Shown: piece by piece, positions 42,401 to 43,076 of the stretch | Layout: each line of letters opens with the position of its first letter | Position numbering within the stretch: position 1 is the first letter of the stretch | From: an uncultured Planctomycetales bacterium | GTDB taxonomy: Bacteria > Omnitrophota > Gorgyraeia > Zapsychrales > JANLHA01 | Length of the DNA stretch: 43,076 nucleotides | NCBI GenBank assembly: GCA_964635405.1 | Contig: CAZWOH010000002.1 | Location: 1-43,076 of the forward strand | Direction: 5' to 3' | Translations under genes and position numbers: made by a program | The notes under the pieces: generated by a model | What the model was told of the DNA's origin: nothing | The model's input: only the letters and a program-made list of their open reading frames with translations | Database searches by the model: none

Positions 42401-43076
42401 TAATTTAGATTCCCTCAGCCAAGCCCAAAGAATTGATCGCCAGCATTTAGAAGCCTTATTGCCCCAGACGGTTTTTATTTCTCTTAATACTTCTATCCGC
42501 GACGGAGAGACAGACACACAAACAGTTTGGTTACCCTTACTTGAAATGTTAATGACTTATGGCTTGATCACGCCAGAACAAATTTTGCAGATTGACTATC
42601 GTGGCCCGCAATCCCCAGAGCAAAAAGCTTTGGATTTGCAAAATGCCATTGCGCAAAGACTTAAAATACTCAAAAAAGAGAAAGTGGACTTGGCCCTTGT
42701 CGGTATCGATGAGAATGGCCGCTGGGCTGGAATTGAGCCGCAGGATAATGGCGCGTTGGATTCGAAGCAGATGTATATTCACAGTGAAGAGACAACCCAT
42801 TACACGGTTACCCCCCATTTCATTTTAAATAGAGTCAACCAAGTTATAGGTCTTCTCTCTGGCGGGAATAAGCGTTGGGTGGACATGCATTTAACGACAG
42901 ATAATCCGCCTGATCGGCGCGATGTCCCAGTAGTCGATTTGCGAAATCATCCTCACGCGCTTGTGATTATTGACCAAGAAGCGCGCACTTTTCCGACGGA
43001 AATAATTTCTTATTTCGACTCGGTTAGCGGTCAAAGGCTTGAGACTGAAATTTATTTAAATGCCGCCAGAGGTGTT
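3..43076 (+). CDS. Single giant ORF, partial at both ends (>=14,358 codons); membrane-anchored multi-enzyme megaprotein
   Basis: Hand translation of frame +3 gives only sense codons from nt 3 to nt 43076, with no TAA/TAG/TGA. I checked it codon by codon at nt 3-480, 4440-4500, 17160-17240, 25020-25080, 33000-33060 and 43020-43076. Independent support: no + strand ORF in the supplied track starts at a coordinate = 0 mod 3. That is only possible if this frame has no stop at all, since otherwise ATG..stop pieces would be listed. The other five frames are broken to <=171 aa. Differences between internal repeat copies are almost all synonymous third-position changes in this frame. About 20 enzyme-family signature motifs read in this frame. 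Confidence 0.9.
1242..3160 (+). other. N-proximal membrane region: about 11-12 predicted transmembrane helices in the giant ORF
   Basis: Runs of 19-33 hydrophobic residues, for example:
- AKILVGGAIVLMLSSGWFLSTF (1248-1313)
- ALGSLWVALGFGVVSSLLYLV
- VGIAAKVFGLMAITVLTTAGL
- IAGVGSLFLGQAALAVFAGASVIALSAWAIGFF
- IVSYLAMLFAMVATGILILGTAF
- VIGGLLSLAIVISIF (to ~1790)
- ILFVVAVGLSLIPAFFLFLGEL (~2175-2270)
- LLIFIVAEPLSTMVKALAV
- ALGIVLMPIVFALTLIFHVINEILLSVFGLIGGALGAFLVSTML
- VFLMSFILSFISTV (2511-2810)
- ILVFALAIPAAIFIYLLNTFIPF (3084-3158)
A further weak hydrophobic segment, FFVWLVLFVLAP, lies at ~510-557. Confidence 0.7.
4440..6060 (+). other. Long alpha-helical / coiled-coil-like segment, preceded by a K/E-rich low-complexity linker at ~4287-4395
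   Basis: About 540 aa rich in E/K/Q/L/A/N with few Pro/Gly and heptad-like spacing, e.g. QFRNELKNTQKTIINLERTQDALKIALAAN, LQARITGTHQQLDTIAQDLKLLNKFKNELAKTN and ARNEVRKAEADVARTHLAWLEAIVAQ. The linker peptide is KTIEVKDKEELEPKEKIKPGEEVKNGEKETPAIEK. A second helical stretch lies at ~6990-7450 (AQEAVRNAQADVVRAQQTNKQIIQALAALEQAQKQV). Confidence 0.4.
6120..6960 (+). other. Clan GH-A (TIM-barrel) glycoside hydrolase module, GH17/GH5-like
   Basis: The motif NHPAVLMWEFGNEYNY has the acid/base Glu codon at 6519-6521. The motif YFSETGVDS has the nucleophile Glu codon at 6795-6797, 92 residues downstream. This is the typical clan GH-A NE...E spacing. Flanking strands also fit: GVKTIRTYYP, GIKAIIGIPN and GVTFMTFADESYKSE (GH17-like FxxFDE motif). 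Confidence 0.6.
7730..8170 (+). other. Lytic transglycosylase (SLT / GH23 family 1-like) module
   Basis: The peptide AIVQIHIESNGNASAVSSAKARGLTQVTEPTW has the catalytic Glu codon at 7800-7802 (ES...S..GA.GL.Q motif). It is followed by GHSYLAIIIKEI and SAAYNAGENY (AYNAG motif, nt 8073-8093). Confidence 0.75.
8395..8690 (+). other. Degenerate LytM / peptidase M23-like beta-barrel module (metal ligands not conserved)
   Basis: The peptide AILSGIVTQVATTPYGQYVKISSMINGHRVEQIFAYMGGALKAEKALGQEVKAGALIGMSGLQQGANRYLFALKIDGKAVDV follows the M23 core pattern (G.V....YG..V.I.H......Y.H.....V..G..V..G..IG..G.tG...GPHLHFE....G..VDP). However, RYLFAL replaces HLHFE and no upstream HxxxD motif is seen. Confidence 0.55.
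13010..15305 (+). repeat. Six divergent protein-level tandem repeats of ~126-140 aa (unnamed domain)
   Basis: Anchor motif F[VI]xx[YF]YG occurs at nt 13413 (FVDRYYG), 13791 (FVEKYYG), 14211 (FVNRFYG), 14622 (FIKHFYG) and 15018 (FVENYYG). Spacings are 378, 420, 411 and 396 nt. Each unit continues ...GTVF...F[IV]....G.I.I.GEPV..DGK..W..G.QVFKL.....I.L..G..IPAGTVLE.G. A more degenerate unit precedes them at ~13010-13330 (...AGRIEVTGEAV...QAVFKLKLTRDLVINGVVVLPAGSILESG). Confidence 0.75.
15561..15770 (+). repeat. Copy A of a ~65-aa helical motif (dispersed protein-level repeat)
   Basis: Copy A reads GIITKQQFIDAGLDAEKIINALIDREWMENISETNVRLIQNVEAIRGQLKKLFPADFEKIFSILEQSQ. It aligns with copy B at 16891-17100 through the shared pattern GLD....K.I.N..W.......L.I.........Q....F..DF..I.S...QS. 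Confidence 0.45.
16891..17100 (+). repeat. Copy B of the ~65-aa helical motif
   Basis: Copy B reads VQIKKVGLDWNDVSKKLIENGWATKIEQDKLKIDLEMDLEKKKGQMLAVFGKDFPTILSMIQQSR. The GLD anchor is at 16914-16922 here and at 15594-15602 in copy A. Confidence 0.45.
19308..19425 (+). other. Isolated hydrophobic segment (one long TM helix or a helical hairpin)
   Basis: FALKVLGPGLLWVVAAIFGIPAVYYALIAFALWFYRVVMG has ~32 consecutive apolar residues with a central GIP. It is the first strong hydrophobic run after nt ~3160. Confidence 0.6.
21110..21620 (+). other. TM cluster (about 5-6 helices) preceding the glycosyltransferase module
   Basis: Hydrophobic runs: HYILFGSVTGLFVYLSMHAVGYF, VSASITLPTAMLGVPIFVLLSLLFFGVVLKAI, LWLQIFYGGQLVILAVLFILGISGVAV and IIPVSIVLAIPDAIKQILLFIPYLIFIATWRLSFYAANYFFMGIATWG. 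Confidence 0.7.
21620..23470 (+). other. Soluble (predicted cytoplasmic) processive glycosyltransferase module with GT2-type catalytic motifs and FKS/GT48-like flanking motifs
   Basis: - LLTVDADHRA: D-x-D codons at 23016-23024.
- PLGDVVPVGENAFYF.
- YVAEDIETVLRYRGFGY: ED codons at 23301-23306.
- QARNPTRKWSYDS: (Q)xxRW-like, ~23400-23440.
- WANARSQKRTLTKLYSYYAQMF at 22551-22619, upstream. From memory this resembles the fungal Fks1 / plant callose synthase motif WAS.RSQTL.RT..G.MNY..A. Confidence 0.65.
23510..24320 (+). other. TM cluster (about 7-8 helices) following the glycosyltransferase module
   Basis: Hydrophobic runs: FILDGFGFYF, YIKWLVVFSLILDWNLFSGLALGLWVGALLLSQAISFGLLFY, GFWRGLWLTFKMVSGKMYWFYLYML, AGALWLLVSLVAIGFHPF, VLWILTLLFPLAALIAPYVF, MLAAIPVLGIISGAILWAGSWVLGLAWVELLILYV and VWHILLGFFWGLTDVIMAA. 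Confidence 0.7.
25110..25200 (+). other. Last predicted TM helix in the window
   Basis: TFIALFVYAFMVPMAILTGVLSILKRILVGL. No comparably hydrophobic run occurs between here and nt 43076. Confidence 0.55.
26250..26760 (+). other. DUF218 / YdcF-SanA-ElyC-like module
   Basis: The peptides DLVVAGNDDLNTLRAVVELFSNGVGQRIIILGGFG (26250-26357), ISEAQIIKQIMFQII (26502-) and RIVIEESSTNTLDNYKKYHDFL (26601-26630) match the DUF218 pattern (vvLGg..., sEA..m..., E..S.nT.eN). Confidence 0.5.
27990..28400 (+). other. JAB/MPN (JAMM)-like module, tentative
   Basis: YHWLAWIHTHPYYSNIDH has its HxH codons at 28188-28196, followed by S-x-x-D (SNID). A second SPGD lies at 28308-28319. The spacing is atypical compared with the canonical HxHx7Sx2D. 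Confidence 0.3.
28840..29330 (+). other. SpoT/RelA-type HD (HD_4) phosphohydrolase module
   Basis: SYLVHILDGLLIL has its His at 28929-28931. AIAAFYVHDTGER has its HD at 29007-29012. DLLILVKLADRIQNLLSD has its Asp at 29253-29255. This matches the RelA/SpoT hydrolase pattern H...(24)...HD..ED...(60-70)...vKLADRLhNmR. No adjacent (p)ppGpp synthetase motifs are recognised. Confidence 0.6.
29880..29933 (+). repeat. Copy 1 of a dispersed 54-nt / 18-aa element (GFKQQLTEWLSKFSGAPP)
   Basis: Copy 1 is ggctttaaacaacaattaacagaatggttgtcgaagttctccggcgcgccaccg. Copy 2 (35424-35477) is ggatttaaacaacaattaacagaatggttgtccaagttctccggcgctccgccg. They share 50/54 nt. All 4 differences are synonymous third positions, so the peptides are 18/18 identical. 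Confidence 0.9.
30830..31400 (+). other. HAD-superfamily phosphatase module, subfamily IIB-like (Cof / sugar-phosphate phosphatase type)
   Basis: - Motif I: LVLFDLDDTLSHG (DxD codons 30855-30863).
- Motif II: VVFGINTGA.
- Motif III/IV: NKGKSTLALISKLGIKKQSVIYVADFPGSEDKKQAGIDDSML. Confidence 0.55.
31840..32800 (+). other. Aminoglycoside-phosphotransferase / choline-kinase-fold (protein-kinase-like) small-molecule kinase module
   Basis: RGDLIIKMY has its Lys at ~31974. The Brenner-type motif FVLNHGDWSPWNILVD has the catalytic Asp at 32451-32453 and Asn at 32466-32468. The metal-binding motif LVTGIDGEDILSAPPERDIA has its Asp at 32508-32510. This is the classic APH pattern HGD....N.l....g....iDwe.a....p..Dla. 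Confidence 0.65.
32830..33070 (+). other. CBM48 / AMPK-beta-type glycogen (alpha-glucan) binding module
   Basis: VFRVAIFDSNAHVQIAGSFNNWKPSSVDWQPVTTNTGTLVALEARLSLVAGEYAYKFIIDGRWIADS matches the pattern V.v.GsFnnW......m........f...l.L..G.y.YKF.vDG.W..D. Confidence 0.65.
33170..33760 (+). other. HAD-superfamily phosphatase module, subfamily IA-like
   Basis: - Motif I: VIGFDLDDTLYNS (DxD codons 33195-33203).
- Motif II: IFLLTNNS (~33510).
- Motif III: LKPNPEGF (~33610).
- Motif IV: ILYMGDNLRNDSD (~33680-33706). Confidence 0.65.
35424..35477 (+). repeat. Copy 2 of the dispersed 54-nt / 18-aa element (GFKQQLTEWLSKFSGAPP)
   Basis: See copy 1. The flanks are also related at protein level: QDEEALVA / QDQDAVVE upstream, and a V/I-rich strand ending in SP about 20 aa downstream (VLVVSSP / PVIVSP). 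Confidence 0.9.
35570..35930 (+). other. Probable beta-sandwich (Ig-like / E-set) module immediately upstream of the glucanotransferase
   Basis: Alternating-polarity strand pattern: VPGQEFFVDIVVQTNGSVKQNQLRVELFTNMNHSGSWTPIEVNLENISLISKGKAGHFYHAHVILQARQPGKFAFTARAKISDQKEFVWVGGDATVKV. There is no family-specific motif, so the call rests on composition and position only. Confidence 0.3.
35930..37600 (+). other. GH77-like 4-alpha-glucanotransferase (amylomaltase / disproportionating-enzyme-like) module
   Basis: - FFLSPFFPTSNVSPFSAVSVYVLNPALIDW (36058-36150; compare the GH77 pattern P......SPYs..S.fa.NP.lID).
- ARILGDLPFF (36438-36461).
- AGWRLDAFHFF, nucleophile-position Asp at 36708-36710.
- LLMMTEQLGG, acid/base-position Glu at 36822-36824.
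- TAETHDVQRW, third carboxylate at 36987-36989. Confidence 0.65.
37640..38050 (+). other. Transglutaminase-like / papain-fold module with a Cys-His-Asp triad pattern
   Basis: GTMMCFAASFY has its Cys at 37755-37757. SFMGHALVFVIF has its His at 37881-37883, 42 aa later. RIYLLDPT has its Asp at 37932-37934, 17 aa after the His. This fits the transglutaminase-core pattern G.C..fa......(~40)..HaW.ev.....(~15)..Dpt. Confidence 0.45.
38640..39350 (+). other. DUF1152-like module (tentative)
   Basis: LRIIAAGGGGDVDSAILLALGL (~38670-38735), VLISLDVGGDSLARFP (~39103-39150), FICSPVTDLIILNMA and AVSALGGDGES (~39280-39312). From memory, the GGGGD ... DvGGD ... SP.aD pattern matches Pfam DUF1152. Confidence 0.35.
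40070..41560 (+). other. YvcK / CofD (UPF0052, 2-phospho-L-lactate-transferase-like) module with a large internal insertion
   Basis: GLCLGGGTGMIYLINAL (GGGTG at 40089-40103), LAAIDNGGSSHAM (~40170-40210; compare YvcK tVaDDGGSSGrL) and KFITLGPGSRLTSKKIHLLVGGISEAL (GPGS..TS at 41409-41432; compare iviGPGSLYTSvlPnLlv). The two halves are ~400 aa apart, against roughly 190 aa between the corresponding motifs in B. subtilis YvcK as I recall it. Confidence 0.65.
42230..43076 (+). other. NagB / 6-phosphogluconolactonase-like (sugar-phosphate isomerase fold) module, cut by the window edge
   Basis: Matches to E. coli NagB as recalled:
- FIVLLPGGKTARDFY (~42320-42365), against l.lPtGgTP...Y.
- VDLALVGIDENGRWAGIEP (42686-42740), against GG.G.DGHIAFNEP.
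- QVIGLLSGGNKRW.
- LRNHPHALVIIDQEA, against LQLHPKAIMVCDE.
The catalytic-position His is Arg here. Confidence 0.55.

Noticed and set aside
3-43076. NRPS/PKS megasynthase as the explanation for the huge ORF
   Set aside because: I found no adenylation, condensation (HHxxxDG) or ketosynthase motifs and no carrier-protein (LGxDS in context) motifs. The string SLGGEKS at ~25365 is isolated and lacks carrier-domain context.
3-43076. Giant repeat-type adhesin (Ig-like/cadherin/RTX GGxGxD arrays)
   Set aside because: No long arrays of near-identical ~100-aa units and no RTX nonapeptides are seen. Recognisable repeats cover only about 6% of the window.
3-43076. Stop-codon reassignment (e.g. TGA read as sense) or several genes artificially fused
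   Set aside because: No TGA, TAA or TAG occurs in frame 3 at all, so no alternative code is needed. Without stops there are no gene boundaries. Internal ATG codons are abundant but cannot be distinguished from ordinary Met codons. Mis-assembly cannot be excluded without reads, and I flag it as the main caveat.

Overview
The whole 43,076-nt window is one uninterrupted reading frame on the + strand (frame 3, nt 3-43076, 14,358 sense codons). It has no stop codon and is open at both window edges, so the real gene is longer than 43 kb (more than 14,358 aa). The supplied ORF track cannot show it because it lists only ATG..stop ORFs closed inside the window. The track has no + strand entry in this frame, and nothing longer than 171 aa in the other five frames. 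I can support no rRNA, tRNA, CRISPR array, transposase/IS, intergenic spacer, promoter or terminator.

The giant ORF is not a repeat-built adhesin and not an NRPS/PKS. It is a largely non-repetitive mosaic, in this order:
- a near-identical in-frame 189-bp tandem repeat that runs off the 5' edge;
- a cluster of about 11-12 predicted TM helices (nt ~1240-3160);
- a ~16-kb stretch free of strong TM segments, carrying coiled coils, a clan GH-A (GH17/GH5-like) glycosidase, a family-1 lytic transglycosylase, a degenerate LytM/M23 domain, six ~126-140-aa repeats and ~8 kb with no recognisable motifs;
- a membrane-embedded processive glycosyltransferase between two TM clusters (nt ~21110-24320), with GT2-type D/DxD/ED/xRW motifs and flanking motifs that resemble eukaryotic FKS/callose synthase (GT48);
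- an ~18-kb chain of cytoplasmic-type enzyme modules: DUF218/YdcF-like, JAB/MPN-like, SpoT-type HD, HAD-IIB, APH-fold kinase, CBM48, HAD-IA, GH77-like 4-alpha-glucanotransferase, transglutaminase-like Cys-His-Asp fold, DUF1152-like, YvcK/CofD-like and NagB/Pgl-like. A recurrent ASS-type junction motif often separates these modules.

All domain calls are by-eye motif recognition from hand translation, not HMM searches, and domain coordinates are approximate (about +/-60 nt). Taxonomy cannot be read from the sequence. From memory, the architecture (N-terminal TM cluster plus cell-wall hydrolase modules in a multi-10-kb ORF) resembles giant genes reported from Omnitrophota metagenome bins. That is an inference only.
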